Source of the DNA: Patescibacteria group bacterium
Lineage (GTDB): Bacteria; Patescibacteriota; Microgenomatia; UBA1400; PJMF01
Direction: 5' to 3'
Assembly (NCBI GenBank): GCA_016861205.1
Contig: BOKX01000001.1
Span: forward strand, 831,835 to 895,834
Length of the DNA: 64,000 bases
The notes under the pieces: model-generated
Database searches by the model: none
Told to the model about the DNA's origin: nothing
Seen by the model: the letters and a program-made list of their open reading frames with translations, nothing else
In this document: positions 9,809 to 20,373 of the stretch, piece after piece
How positions within the stretch are numbered: the stretch's first letter is position 1
Layout of the letters: the number at the start of each line of letters is the position of its first letter
Program-made: the position numbers and the translations under genes

Positions 9809-10965
9809 TACGGTCCGATCTGAGTGGCTTGCAGTTTGTACCGTTGACTAGCTTGATACGCCTGTTCGATCTTGCTGCGGAGAAAGGCATCTGTCTTAGC
9901 CGCTGTTTCAATATCTGCCATGACTTGTTGTAGCTCGAGATCGCTTAACTTCGGTCCAAACAAAAGGACTTGGTTCCCGGCTTTGAGTGCCGCAATCGCC
10001 CGTTCACTCAATGATTTAGGTGGTTTATCTTGGCCATTGTACCCAGCCGATACCATCTCTAAGGCATCTGTCACAATCAGAGCTGATGGAAAATTGGCCG
10101 CCAACTCTTGTACACAAGCATCACTTTGTGAGCAGGGAATATCTGGATACTGATTGGTCACACCAACATGACTAACCATCACCGCCAACTTTGGAAACTT
10201 GTCCAAAATTTGCGCAAACACCCCAGCTTCAGCTGGATTTACCTCGACTCGAGCAAAGTTGGTATGCAGATCACGACTGGCGGCTCCGATCCCAGGAAAG
10301 TGTTTAATGACGGGTTGCACATCGGCCGCTTGCCAGGCGGCAATCACTGCTAAGCTGCGAGTGAGTACCACATCTGGCTGATCACTGCAGAGTCGTGTAC
10401 CTAAGACGCGGCTACCCGACCGCAAATCGAGAACTGGCCCCAACACGCCGTCTACCCCCACAGCCTTGAGTTCGCGTGCCGCCGTGGTAATCGCTTCACC
10501 ACTTTGGGTAGCGGACTGTTGACACAACTCACTCCAGCTCGGCACCTTGGAAAAACCTTCTCCGCTCAAGCGCTGCACAGTGCCACCCTCATGATCGACC
10601 CACACCCATGGCGCCGCGGCTTGCGTATCGAGCTGATGAATCGCTGCCTGAGCTTGAGCCGCAGTTACCGAGGTCCCAAACAAAGTCACGTAGCCAGGTT
10701 TCATTAGTGCGATGGTCTGCAACTCCGCCGAGAATGAAGCTGGCTCTGCATCAAGGTCAACTGGCCAAGCCATAATCCCGGCAATCTGTTGATTGATGGT
10801 AACTGGCACCGTGGTTGGACTGGGTGCGGGCACTGGCGAAGCTTTCAAGTGCGCCAGCTGTTGCGAAAAATAACGTTCAAATGGCCGAGCATAGTAGTTC
10901 CAACCCAGCCCTGCGGCGATCAGAGCCAAAACCGCAATCAAACTATACGTAGGTAGTCTCGACAT
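9808..10965 (-). CDS. Glycoside hydrolase family 3 N-terminal domain protein (beta-N-acetylhexosaminidase NagZ-like)
   Basis: KHFPGIGAASRDLH motif is the GH3/NagZ KHFPGHG...D..H signature. N-terminal signal anchor. Confidence 0.7.
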   Translation of the reverse strand: MSRLPTYSLIAVLALIAAGLGWNYYARPFERYFSQQLAHLKASPVPAPSPTTVPVTINQQIAGIMAWPVDLDAEPASFSAELQTIALMKPGYVTLFGTSVTAAQAQAAIHQLDTQAAAPWVWVDHEGGTVQRLSGEGFSKVPSWSELCQQSATQSGEAITTAARELKAVGVDGVLGPVLDLRSGSRVLGTRLCSDQPDVVLTRSLAVIAAWQAADVQPVIKHFPGIGAASRDLHTNFARVEVNPAEAGVFAQILDKFPKLAVMVSHVGVTNQYPDIPCSQSDACVQELAANFPSALIVTDALEMVSAGYNGQDKPPKSLSERAIAALKAGNQVLLFGPKLSDLELQQVMADIETAAKTDAFLRSKIEQAYQASQRYKLQATQIGP

Positions 10966-10973
10966 AAATATAG

Positions 10974-11318
10974 TTATTTCCCAATTGCAGTAGGCTGCTT
11001 GTCAGCCAACTCAGTCCGCAACTGTTTTACCTTCCACATAAATAACTTGGCTTTACTTTTTGCTTGTGAATCTGAAACAAATCCCAATGCCTGATCGAGA
11101 ATCCGGCGATCAACTGTCTTCGCCATTTTCATATATACGCTCTTGTGTGGCAAGTCGTCCAAAGCGACCGCCAAGCGATATGCGTAGTCTTGAAACTCCT
11201 GAGTAATGTAGCCACCTTTATCCTGTAGTTGGTAACCCTGGAGCAAGTTGCCAAGCGGCAACGCACCTTGATGGGTTGTTGAGCCCGCTGGTTGGTGTGT
11301 CTGACTTTTTTTAGTCAT
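10974..11318 (-). CDS. Hypothetical protein
   Basis: ORF only. Downstream of pth on the same strand. Confidence 0.35.
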   Translation of the reverse strand: MTKKSQTHQPAGSTTHQGALPLGNLLQGYQLQDKGGYITQEFQDYAYRLAVALDDLPHKSVYMKMAKTVDRRILDQALGFVSDSQAKSKAKLFMWKVKQLRTELADKQPTAIGK

Positions 11319-11323
11319 GTTAG

Positions 11324-11896
11324 TTATTTCGGCTGGTCAAACATTTGTTTGGCAACCTGTGCAGAAGCTTTAGCAATCGCCGTAGCTAATTCGGCTCGCT
11401 CCGTCTTAGTGAAAGACTGCAAAACATATGCTGAACCTGGTAGGCTGCGATCGCCTTGTCTCGCATCAATGCCGAGCCTCACATGCCAAAACTGCTGTGT
11501 ACCTAAGTGTTGATACAACGAGCTCAAACCATTGTGTACTTTTGGTCCAGTTCCAAACTGGATTTTGACCTGGCCAAGTTGCAAATCGAGATCATCGTGG
11601 CACACCCAAAGGTTGGTGAGTCCTTGTGACACCCGGGCTAAGCTCGCTTTGTCGTAAAACTGCAGCAACGCCCTAGCTGCTTGGCCGGAATTGTTCATGA
11701 AAGTATGGGGCTTGGCCAACAAGAGCGTTTTAGCTCGACTGACTTCGGCTGGCCATTTGTTTTCGAGCAAAAAAGCTGGCAGCTGGCTATCAACTTTCCA
11801 TTGTTCCCACATCTCATCAACTGCCATAAAACCGGCATTGTGCCGAGAGAGAGCGTACGTTTCGCCTGGATTGCCCAGACCGATCACAAAGTTCAT
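11324..11896 (-). CDS. pth: Peptidyl-tRNA hydrolase
   Basis: N-terminus MNFVIGLGNPGETYALSRHNAGF is the canonical Pth signature. Confidence 0.9.
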   Translation of the reverse strand: MNFVIGLGNPGETYALSRHNAGFMAVDEMWEQWKVDSQLPAFLLENKWPAEVSRAKTLLLAKPHTFMNNSGQAARALLQFYDKASLARVSQGLTNLWVCHDDLDLQLGQVKIQFGTGPKVHNGLSSLYQHLGTQQFWHVRLGIDARQGDRSLPGSAYVLQSFTKTERAELATAIAKASAQVAKQMFDQPK

Positions 11897-11933
11897 ATGC
11901 TTGATTGTAACTCAAACCAGGTATAATCGGTGA

Positions 11934-13082
11934 GTGCCAAGCCATGTTGATCGTCGTTCACCCGCTGCCAGTGCTTCACATCGGCCGGTTATCGCGATCC
12001 TATCAGCCAATCAAGGTCATGCCAGTCTGGCAGAAGCAGCCGCGCACCATTTAGCTGACCGCTACCAGATAGTCACTTTCCAACAACCTATCAAAGCCAG
12101 TGATGCGTACACCTTAGTTTATCGCTACATTCCTTGGGCGTTTCGTGCGGTTTATCAGGTATCAACGTTAGGTTTGATTCAAGCTCTCGCTCGCTGGTTC
12201 TTTTACTGGGATGATGCTCAAAAAATGCACGCTTTTCTCCATCGCCATCAGCCCGCAGCGTGTTTGACAACATACTTCAGCTACCTACCTATTCTTGAGA
12301 AGTGGCAACGTCAGACTGGCCGACCAGTTTTCAATGTGGTGGCCAACCCTAGGACCACTCACCCATTAGAAATTGCCGCGAATCCTGTTAACAACTTCGT
12401 CTTTGATGAGTTCCAAGTTAAGCGCGCTTGCCAGCTAAAACCTGGTAGCTACCTGACTGAGCTCGGGTGGCTCACTCGGCCTGAGTTTAAGCCAGCTACC
12501 AACAGAAAGTCCTTGCGTACGCAACTCAAACTTGATCCTGATCGGCTCACCTTCACCTTGATCGGTGGCTCAGAAGGGAGTCAAACCCTATCTCGTATTA
12601 CGAAGTACTTAACCCAGACACATCGCGAACACATACAACTCGTTGTGGTGTGCGGTACTAACAAGTTACTTCTCCAAGAGCTGACGAGCTGGCGAGCTGA
12701 CCTACCGACCGACCTGCAAGCCAATGTACATTTGGTAGGCTTCACTACCAAGCTGGAAGAGTATGTGCGAGTAGCCGACTTAGTAGTGGGAAAAGCTGGT
12801 CCAAACAGTCTTTTTGAAACCACTGCTTGTGAAGTTCCGTTTGTGGCCATGACGCATATTTCAGGTCAAGAAGATGGCAATCTGGAGTTGATCCAAGAAA
12901 AACAACTCGGTATGGTTTTGGAAGAGTGGTCAGAGTTGGTGGCTTACCTTGATTTAGTGGTGAATGATCCCACCCAGCTCGAACGTTTCACCAAACATAT
13001 CAAAATCACGGCTGAGTATTTACGTCAAACAGGGCCACGTCTCAAAGCCGTTGTGAGCTCTGCTTTAGCAGAGCTAAGATAG
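11934..13082 (+). CDS. Glycosyltransferase, GT28/MGDG-synthase-like (diacylglycerol glycosyltransferase family)
   Basis: N-terminal MGDG-synthase-like region and a C-terminal GT-B domain with GGSEGSQ and VVCGTN...LVGF pattern. Confidence 0.55.
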   Translation: MPSHVDRRSPAASASHRPVIAILSANQGHASLAEAAAHHLADRYQIVTFQQPIKASDAYTLVYRYIPWAFRAVYQVSTLGLIQALARWFFYWDDAQKMHAFLHRHQPAACLTTYFSYLPILEKWQRQTGRPVFNVVANPRTTHPLEIAANPVNNFVFDEFQVKRACQLKPGSYLTELGWLTRPEFKPATNRKSLRTQLKLDPDRLTFTLIGGSEGSQTLSRITKYLTQTHREHIQLVVVCGTNKLLLQELTSWRADLPTDLQANVHLVGFTTKLEEYVRVADLVVGKAGPNSLFETTACEVPFVAMTHISGQEDGNLELIQEKQLGMVLEEWSELVAYLDLVVNDPTQLERFTKHIKITAEYLRQTGPRLKAVVSSALAELR

Positions 13083-13090
13083 TTCGTTGT

Positions 13091-13960
13091 ATGCCAAAAG
13101 CTACGCCACCTTTTTTTACGATAGTTATCCCCACTCTTAACGAAGCCAAGTATGTTCCCACACTCCTAAAAGATTTGGTGCATCAAAGTTATCAAGACTT
13201 TGAAGTAGTTATCGTTGATGGTGGTTCAAGTGACAATACGTTGACAAAGGTCAACCGTTTCGGCGACCAACTCAAACTAAAACCGGTTGTCAGTTCGGTC
13301 GCCAACGTTGCAGCTCAACGAAACTTAGGGGCCGTCACAGCGCAAGGCCAGTGGATTATTTTCATGGACGCAGATAATCGCCTACCAAGCTACTTTTTGT
13401 TGGGAGTTAAGTATCAACTGGAGCGTCGGCCAGAAACCAAAGCTTTTACCACTTGGATGGATACTCGCAGCTATCGCAACCGAGACGCCACGTTAATTGC
13501 CACCACCTACAACTTAGGTATGCAAGCCTACTCTTTACTGAAAAAACCAACTGCCGTCGGGGCGTTGATCGGTGTTCACCGTAGCGTTGCAACAAAGATC
13601 AAGTTTCGCGACAATCAAGGCCAGTTTGAAGATTACGACTACATCAATCAAATAAACAAGCATCGCTGGCCATTTCTGATTTTGCGCGAACCAATGTACA
13701 CCTACTCTATGCGGCGATTTCAAAAAGAGGGCACCCTCAAAATGATGCGTGTGTATGCTTTGGCCAACATCAACTCACTCCTCGGTCGAACCAACGCCCA
13801 GGTGCTCGCTAAGTATCCTATGCAAGGCGGCCAGTACTACCTACCGAGTAATGGGTCTGACAAGGTTGGTTTCTTAGGCAAACTGCAAACCACTTTGCGA
13901 CATATACCTCGGTCGGAACTCAGACGACTGCAAAAAACCTTGGGAGACTTGCTCGAATGA
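13091..13960 (+). CDS. Glycosyltransferase family 2
   Basis: IVIPTLNEAKYV...VVIVDGGSSDNT, and DxD-like FMDADN. Confidence 0.75.
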   Translation: MPKATPPFFTIVIPTLNEAKYVPTLLKDLVHQSYQDFEVVIVDGGSSDNTLTKVNRFGDQLKLKPVVSSVANVAAQRNLGAVTAQGQWIIFMDADNRLPSYFLLGVKYQLERRPETKAFTTWMDTRSYRNRDATLIATTYNLGMQAYSLLKKPTAVGALIGVHRSVATKIKFRDNQGQFEDYDYINQINKHRWPFLILREPMYTYSMRRFQKEGTLKMMRVYALANINSLLGRTNAQVLAKYPMQGGQYYLPSNGSDKVGFLGKLQTTLRHIPRSELRRLQKTLGDLLE

Positions 13961-14832
13961 AACCCAGCCAAACGCGACGGCTGCGTAGCTTTGATGACGC
14001 CGAACTGTACGTTGAGATTTACGACCCCCCACAAGGTGACGCAGTGTTTGACGTGGTCCTTGTTCACGGGCTGACTGGCGACACCGCTGCGTACTCATGG
14101 GTCATTGAAGGTCTTCAGCAAAACTCGCCAGTACCCATTCGGTGTCTCACTTTCGACTTACGAGGACACGGGTGGTCGGCTTGTCACTTTCCGGTTAACG
14201 AACCCCACTTGATTCGCACCTTGGCACGGGACTTAAACGAAGTATGTCAGCAGCTAGTAACTCACCCCTTGATCTTGGCAGGTCAAAGCTTATTTGGTTT
14301 GGTTATTCAACATTACTTCACCATTGAGAAACATATCCCGCCAGTCGCGACTGTCTTGATTACACCGGTCACCCAAACCGCACCACTTTCAATCAACTCC
14401 AGCTGGTGGTGGCACCAACTGCTCAAAGCCTCCCGAGCTTGGACACCTCATCCCACTAAACGATCTTCGGATGATCACCTACGATACTTGGGTAGTTTTG
14501 ACTACTCACCACACCGAATTCGCTCGGACATCACTTTCATGGGACTCAAACGCTATCTACTCTTATGGCTATCACTTTTCGGACAACGCAGTTCAAATCT
14601 AGCGGCTCTCAACAATCCAAACACACATTACATTTACGGCTTGCAAGACAGAATCGTGTCTAGCTATATTCAACGCCGGGTTTTGAAACACCTGCCGCTC
14701 GCAACCAGCTATCCAATTAACAGCAACCACAACGCCATTGTGAATCATCCCAAAGAGGTCACATCTGTGTTACTCAACGTCATCACCAGCTGTCTGCCGA
14801 ATGTTCAGGTCGCGTCTAAAAACTCACGCTAA
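13957..14832 (+). CDS. Alpha/beta hydrolase fold protein
   Basis: LVHGLTGD oxyanion region and a GQSLFG nucleophile elbow (GxSxG). Confidence 0.55.
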   Translation: MKPSQTRRLRSFDDAELYVEIYDPPQGDAVFDVVLVHGLTGDTAAYSWVIEGLQQNSPVPIRCLTFDLRGHGWSACHFPVNEPHLIRTLARDLNEVCQQLVTHPLILAGQSLFGLVIQHYFTIEKHIPPVATVLITPVTQTAPLSINSSWWWHQLLKASRAWTPHPTKRSSDDHLRYLGSFDYSPHRIRSDITFMGLKRYLLLWLSLFGQRSSNLAALNNPNTHYIYGLQDRIVSSYIQRRVLKHLPLATSYPINSNHNAIVNHPKEVTSVLLNVITSCLPNVQVASKNSR

Positions 14833-16596
14833 CTGTTTTACCTCAACCAACGTAGTAGCATCTTGCCATTTTTTGTCGGGTCGAAATCTGACCAAACGGG
14901 GAAATCGCAAAGCCAGACCAGCTGTGTGTTGAGGCGACGTTGTGAGCTCATCGGCAGCAACTTCCACCACCAAACTTGGCTCTACCCACACATCCGGTAT
15001 CAAAGCTTTAGCCACTTGATACACCGCCGGGGCGGTCGAAACTTGGTGCGGTTTTAGGGTGGTGTGCAGCGTTCGAAACTGCTCGTCAGATAAACCTGTC
15101 CCAATTTTAGCCAAGGTCACCACTTGCCCTTCCGCATCCAACACACCCACCAAAAAAGCCCCCAACCCAAACTCGGTCCGTTTACCCCGACCTTGGTAGT
15201 ATCCCATCACCACGGCGTCAATGGTGTCTAACAGTTTGCCACGGGTACCTTCAGCTTCCTTCATCTTCACCCACGCCCAACCTTTACGACCCGGCTGATA
15301 GTTGCTGACCACCTGTTTAATAACTACTCCCTCCAATCCCTCTGCCAAAGCTTGCGTGTGGAGCTGCTGCACCGCTTCGGGTTTGTCAGCCAGCTCATAT
15401 GGAGTAGTTAAAAATACCTCGTTTTTCTTAAAAAGCTTTTTTAAAAGCTCTTTTCTATCTTGCAACTTTTCCTGAATCAGAGTCTTGCCGTCTAGGGCTA
15501 GCACATCAAACACGAAAAACTTTAATGGGATCTGAGCTGCTGTTTCAGCCACCCCGTGCTTGCGTTTGCGAGTGATCGTTTCTTGAAATGGTTTCAACTT
15601 CCCCGTGGTCGGATCAAAGCCAATCGCTTCTCCGTCCAACACACACTCATCACAGTTCACGACTTCACCCAGCTGACTCAATTCCGGAAACATCTCGGTG
15701 CTGACTTCCAAGCTGCGACTAAAACTACGAATGAGCTCAGGCTGCTTTGCTGTCGCTCGACGATAATGGATTTGAACCCGAACCCCGTCGTACTTCGGTT
15801 CGACAAAAACGTGATCCATTTTGGCAATCACTTCAGCTGCGGTTTCCAGCCGCTGACATAAGGCTGGGGTAACCGGTACTCCAACTTCGATTGAGTACGC
15901 AGCCAGTTGCTGTTGACGATCTGCTTCGCGATGATGACTGAGATATAACTCTGCCAAGTGCCCAATGTCAGTCTGCTTTTGCCAAGCCGCTTCCAGTAAA
16001 TCGCGCTCAGCCTTACTGCCTGTCATCGTCCACGACAAAGCATCGATAATGGTCATTGTCGAAAAACCGAGTCGAAGTTTGCCGATGATCATTCTCGTCA
16101 CGAACTTAGCAGATACGCCATCCAACTCTTGCAACAACTCACTCAGCAGCTGAATTTTCTGGTCTTGTGAGCCTGCCCCACGGGCATCAGCAATCGCCAA
16201 CAAACGCTCATATACCTGGGTAAGAGTCAGTTGCTGTGTGGGGTGTTGACTGACTGTGACTTCTGCGGCTAGGTCGCCGATGTCACCCAATTTCTGATAA
16301 CGCTGATTCAGTTCGAGTTCAACAGTGGACCAGTCGGGCTCCGCGAACAAAGTTTGCGTTTGAGCAGCTTTGGCAGGAGTGAGACGGACCAAACTTTTTA
16401 TCACAGACTTGGTAGCTACTTGAAACTCGCGCCCTTCATATGCCGGCCTGAGTTGTCCCAACAGGAAGTTGCACGCTGGCTGGACTTCAGTTGGTTTGAG
16501 GTCTTTGAAAAGTTTGGCAAGAACTCCAGTGATTTCCAGTCGGCTCGAAATTCCATCTAATGTCTGTAAATACGTAGCAAACTCGGCAAATGTCAT
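14824..16596 (-). CDS. ATP-dependent DNA ligase
   Basis: Adenylation motif I EPKYDGVRVQIH (KxDG). Followed by motifs consistent with ligase OB-fold domains; an N-terminal DNA-binding domain is also present. Confidence 0.85.
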   Translation of the reverse strand: MTFAEFATYLQTLDGISSRLEITGVLAKLFKDLKPTEVQPACNFLLGQLRPAYEGREFQVATKSVIKSLVRLTPAKAAQTQTLFAEPDWSTVELELNQRYQKLGDIGDLAAEVTVSQHPTQQLTLTQVYERLLAIADARGAGSQDQKIQLLSELLQELDGVSAKFVTRMIIGKLRLGFSTMTIIDALSWTMTGSKAERDLLEAAWQKQTDIGHLAELYLSHHREADRQQQLAAYSIEVGVPVTPALCQRLETAAEVIAKMDHVFVEPKYDGVRVQIHYRRATAKQPELIRSFSRSLEVSTEMFPELSQLGEVVNCDECVLDGEAIGFDPTTGKLKPFQETITRKRKHGVAETAAQIPLKFFVFDVLALDGKTLIQEKLQDRKELLKKLFKKNEVFLTTPYELADKPEAVQQLHTQALAEGLEGVVIKQVVSNYQPGRKGWAWVKMKEAEGTRGKLLDTIDAVVMGYYQGRGKRTEFGLGAFLVGVLDAEGQVVTLAKIGTGLSDEQFRTLHTTLKPHQVSTAPAVYQVAKALIPDVWVEPSLVVEVAADELTTSPQHTAGLALRFPRLVRFRPDKKWQDATTLVEVKQLA

Positions 16597-16681
16597 GGAA
16601 CTCCTTGCAAAAACTCGTACTCAAAGTCTACCAAAGTTACTCAGCTAGAGGGCAACCAAAACCTGCGAGAGCAGGCTAGTT

Positions 16682-17836
16682 CTAATCACGCAACCGATAA
16701 CGAACACCTTTGGTGACACCCTGTTTTTCGATAACCCGCTTGGCAATTAAATCCTTTATATCGCGCAAAATCGTATCAACAGATACATTAGGCAGAGCGG
16801 CTTGAGCATCTTGGGAAGTAATTTCACCTTGGTTGTGCAGCAGTTCGAGTAAGATAATTTGTCGCTCAGACAACGCTACCTGCTCACCTAGTTGCTGTTT
16901 TAGCTTGAGATCCTTAGACAATTTCAAAACTTGGTTCTTAATCTTCTCGATTTCAATGGCCAGCCCGTAACAAAAGTACTCCAGCCAATACGTGAGGTCG
17001 TGACCTTGGCTTTGCTGAACTGATAACAAGGCCTGATAGTAGCGATCAACATCTGCGTCAAAGTATTGCTCAAGAGAAAAGAACCGTTTGAAGTCATACT
17101 CACTGGTATACAAAACTAGAGTGGCCATGCCTCGCGCCGTCCGGCCATTGCCTTCAATAAATGGGTGAATAAACACGAGTTGGTAATGGGTAATAGCGGC
17201 TCGGAAAATTGGGTGCACAGTTTGGCTCGCTGGCCCGGATAACCAGGCAATGAAGTCTTCCAGTAAGTACGGGACCTCCACAGAAACCGGTGGTCGAAAC
17301 ACAATTTGACCATCACTGGCGCTGCGTACAATCACTTGCTTATCACGGAACCGACCCACATATCGATCCTCAATTAACTGTTGCATGGTCAACGTGTGAA
17401 GATGCTTGAGGGTTTCAATTGAAAAGAGTCGCGAGCTTTGTCGGGCATCCTGCTGGTCAATCCATCGGATCACATTTCGATAATTAATAACCTCTTGAAT
17501 ATCACGTTCACGAGCCAAGAGACCAGTTTTTTGGACAACTTCGTTGCTGCTGAGCATGCCATCGAGCCGGACCACCTGTTGCGTTTGCTCATGCGTCAAA
17601 TCGTTGCCTTCAATTTTGGTGCCAAAGTGCACCGTCCGGGTCAGAGCATCATCACGAAACTTCGCCTCCCAAGCTGGCACTAATGCTGCTTGATCAATTA
17701 ACGCTTTCGCTGCTTCGATGCGAGTAATGTACGTTAGTAAGTTGTTGGTGATGGAAAATTTTGGCTGATACATTCTGATCGATTGTAACAATTCACGCAA
17801 TTTTTGCAAGGAAAGTTTGGGGCTAAAACTGGCCAA
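16682..17836 (-). CDS. Fic family protein (putative AMPylase) with C-terminal wHTH
   Basis: Fic motif HPFIEGNGRTARG matches the canonical HxFx(D/E)GNGRxxR. The C-terminal TKGVRYRL motif suggests a winged helix. Confidence 0.85.
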   Translation of the reverse strand: MASFSPKLSLQKLRELLQSIRMYQPKFSITNNLLTYITRIEAAKALIDQAALVPAWEAKFRDDALTRTVHFGTKIEGNDLTHEQTQQVVRLDGMLSSNEVVQKTGLLARERDIQEVINYRNVIRWIDQQDARQSSRLFSIETLKHLHTLTMQQLIEDRYVGRFRDKQVIVRSASDGQIVFRPPVSVEVPYLLEDFIAWLSGPASQTVHPIFRAAITHYQLVFIHPFIEGNGRTARGMATLVLYTSEYDFKRFFSLEQYFDADVDRYYQALLSVQQSQGHDLTYWLEYFCYGLAIEIEKIKNQVLKLSKDLKLKQQLGEQVALSERQIILLELLHNQGEITSQDAQAALPNVSVDTILRDIKDLIAKRVIEKQGVTKGVRYRLRD

Positions 17837-17876
17837 AACTTGGCAATTCGTCGAATCCTTGTATACTATGCGCTAT

Positions 17877-18209
17877 ATGGCCACCGTCAAAACCGCTCGC
17901 TCACTCTCAGAACTCCCCTCGGCTACCATCCGGAGCATGATTGAGTTAGCCACCAGTGGCTTTGGGGTGGTGGTAGCTTTGGCCTGGAATGAGTTCATTC
18001 AAAAAGCCGTCCGCGACTACCTAGATCCTTATCTCGGCAAAAATAGTGGACTGATTTCAATGTTGATCTACGCAATAATCGTGACAGTTTTAGCTGTCGT
18101 AGTTACTATGCAGCTCGCTTATTTGCAAAATCGCTTTGAAGTTTTGGAGAGTAAAGTCAAAACTCGCCGGCCAGCTGCCCCGACCTCAACAACGCATTCA
18201 AAAAAGTAA
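17877..18209 (+). CDS. Hypothetical small membrane protein
   Basis: Two TM helices. Start moved to the internal Met (MATVK...) to avoid overlapping the fic start. Confidence 0.35.
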   Translation: MATVKTARSLSELPSATIRSMIELATSGFGVVVALAWNEFIQKAVRDYLDPYLGKNSGLISMLIYAIIVTVLAVVVTMQLAYLQNRFEVLESKVKTRRPAAPTSTTHSKK

Positions 18210-18228
18210 ATTCAGGCAACCAAGCTTT

Positions 18229-19245
18229 TTATTTGTTGAGCTGGTTGTGGTGGTAGGCTGACCACAACGCCACTGGCACTTCTATTACCAAATCGCTAGC
18301 ATTGAAGAAGGGCCCAACTCGCTGATAGAGCGTCTCACCAGCTAGCTTATTGGCATAACTTGCCAAAACCGCCGCTTCAAAGGCAGGGTGCGAACAGTAC
18401 AACCCGGCCACTATACCAGCCAATACATCGCCGGTGCCCCCTTTGGTCATGCCGGCGTTGCCGCCCTTGATTTCAGCTAGCACTGACTGGTCGTAGCTCT
18501 GCTGCCACTGTGTCACCCAATCTTGTTGACCTTTGACCAACACAGTCGCCTCACCAAGGAGCCGACTAACATGTTTCAAGTGACTTTTGAGGTCCGTCTT
18601 TTCTGACTCAGTCAATGTCTGATACTCGGCCAGACCTCTAGCCAGTGCACTCTCAAACCAGATGGGATCATGTTCCTGCCAATTGGCTGCAGTGTCAAAC
18701 TGCTCACCAGCAAACTCCCCATGATAGGAACCGTCAGCTTGTCGCACAGCCAGCGCCATGACGCGGCGATGATAAAGTGCTAAAAATTCCTGCTGATGCG
18801 GGGTGACGATGCAGTTGGCGTTCAGCAAGGTTGGCTCGATCATTTGCAGTGCCCCAGCATCGATGACCCATTTTTTGGTGGAATATGTCCGCAACAAGTG
18901 GTTGGTCAGATCGGCGGTCTCAGTGGTCCGCTCCATACCTGGACCAATCAATACAACGTCGGCCTCACGTAAGTACGACTCAACTTGATCACGGTCAATC
19001 ACAATGCCGTTCCAGAACTCACCTTTGGCAACGCGCACTAACTCATTGTTACTGGGCACCGAGGCATAAAACACCATGTCCACAAACTTGGACACGATGT
19101 CTAAGCTCCATTTGCTCGCTGCATGAAAAAGTTCCGATCCCCCAATCACCAAAACTTTCCCGTTCTGACCTTTATGAGAATCTGCGGCGGGCAACTGTAG
19201 TTTGCCGAGCAAACTAGCTAATTGAGGTGGGTTAACTTCTGGCAT
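18229..19245 (-). CDS. ADP-dependent NAD(P)H-hydrate dehydratase (YjeF C-terminal domain, Nnr)
   Basis: GGNAGMTKGGTGDVLAGIVAGL is the YjeF-C GxGDxLxG signature. Carbohydrate-kinase-like fold. Confidence 0.75.
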   Translation of the reverse strand: MPEVNPPQLASLLGKLQLPAADSHKGQNGKVLVIGGSELFHAASKWSLDIVSKFVDMVFYASVPSNNELVRVAKGEFWNGIVIDRDQVESYLREADVVLIGPGMERTTETADLTNHLLRTYSTKKWVIDAGALQMIEPTLLNANCIVTPHQQEFLALYHRRVMALAVRQADGSYHGEFAGEQFDTAANWQEHDPIWFESALARGLAEYQTLTESEKTDLKSHLKHVSRLLGEATVLVKGQQDWVTQWQQSYDQSVLAEIKGGNAGMTKGGTGDVLAGIVAGLYCSHPAFEAAVLASYANKLAGETLYQRVGPFFNASDLVIEVPVALWSAYHHNQLNK

Positions 19246-19275
19246 AAGTGGCTAAATTGTACTAGAAAAATGTGA

Positions 19276-20349
19276 CTATAACTCGACAACTTGCAGCTCA
19301 CCCAGCTCAGCTTGCAACTCGGCCACCACTCGCTGTTCAGTGGTGGTAATAATAGTTTGTTGACGACGGATCAAACTCATCACCAACGTCCGCACATCTG
19401 GATCAAGTTCTGAAAAGATGTCATCCAGGGCTAGGAGTGGTCGTGAGGCGGTTTTGCCTAATACATACTCCAGCTCCGCAACCTTCAGCCACAGCACGGC
19501 CAGCCTTTGCTGTCCTCGCGAACCAAAGGTACTCACGGAATGCCACTCATCAGTTGGTCGCCACTGGAAGCTGACGTCAAAGTCATCTTTGTGCGGACCA
19601 ATCAAAGTGTGGCCAGCTGCAATCTCGCGTGGCTGATACTCAGCCAGCCGCTCAGCGGTCATCAGTGATGGCCGATACTCAATCTCAAATCTTGTGGGAA
19701 ACTCCACTGCCCCAAACGTCTCCAAAAACCGCTGCCGATGACCCTGCACCACTTCCCCATGTTTCACCAGCTGCAAGTTCCAGTAGGTCAGCACTGAGCT
19801 CGGCATCTCGCCATCACGCACAGCTTGGAGTAACTTATTTCGTTTCAACAAGGCTTGTTCGTAAGTGCTATGTGAGTGCGCGTACTGAATATGGGTCTGA
19901 CTCAACACGGTGTCCAAAAAGTTCCGACGCCGAGACGGTGAGCCTTCCATGAGTCGCATGTCTTCCGGCCGAAACACCACACAGTTGAAGTGACCGATAA
20001 AGTCCTTGCGGCGGCGGCGGACTTGGTTGACACTGTACAACCTTGTTTGGGTGCGCTTGCCCTGCACCACCCCCCGCGTCACCATTACCTCCAGTTGTTC
20101 GACCGTGTCATTACTAAGCTGACCAACCACTTGGGCTAGCTCAGCGTCAAACTGCACCATCTCTTCAGCCCGATCGGCTCTAAAACTCTCACCAGTAGCA
20201 AGTAGTTGGACAGCCTCCAAAATCGAAGTCTTACCGTGACCATTGTCCGCCACAATTACCGTAATCGGTTCGTCAAAACGCAAATCCAAAGTGGTGTGGT
20301 TGCGAAAACGCTGGAGCTGGAGGCGATTAAGTCTCGACATGCTGGCCAA
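19276..20349 (-). CDS. recF: DNA replication and repair protein RecF
   Basis: Walker A GHGKTSILEA at the N-terminus, SMC-like signature region, and C-terminal Walker B LLALDDIFSELD. Confidence 0.85.
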   Translation of the reverse strand: MASMSRLNRLQLQRFRNHTTLDLRFDEPITVIVADNGHGKTSILEAVQLLATGESFRADRAEEMVQFDAELAQVVGQLSNDTVEQLEVMVTRGVVQGKRTQTRLYSVNQVRRRRKDFIGHFNCVVFRPEDMRLMEGSPSRRRNFLDTVLSQTHIQYAHSHSTYEQALLKRNKLLQAVRDGEMPSSVLTYWNLQLVKHGEVVQGHRQRFLETFGAVEFPTRFEIEYRPSLMTAERLAEYQPREIAAGHTLIGPHKDDFDVSFQWRPTDEWHSVSTFGSRGQQRLAVLWLKVAELEYVLGKTASRPLLALDDIFSELDPDVRTLVMSLIRRQQTIITTTEQRVVAELQAELGELQVVEL

Positions 20350-20373
20350 GTATACCTTGAACTGATTGCAAAG

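Noticed and set aside
10974-11318. Calling the ORF downstream of pth as ribosomal protein L25/Ctc
   Set aside because: rplY is normally upstream of pth, and the sequence shows no clear L25 motif. Left as hypothetical.
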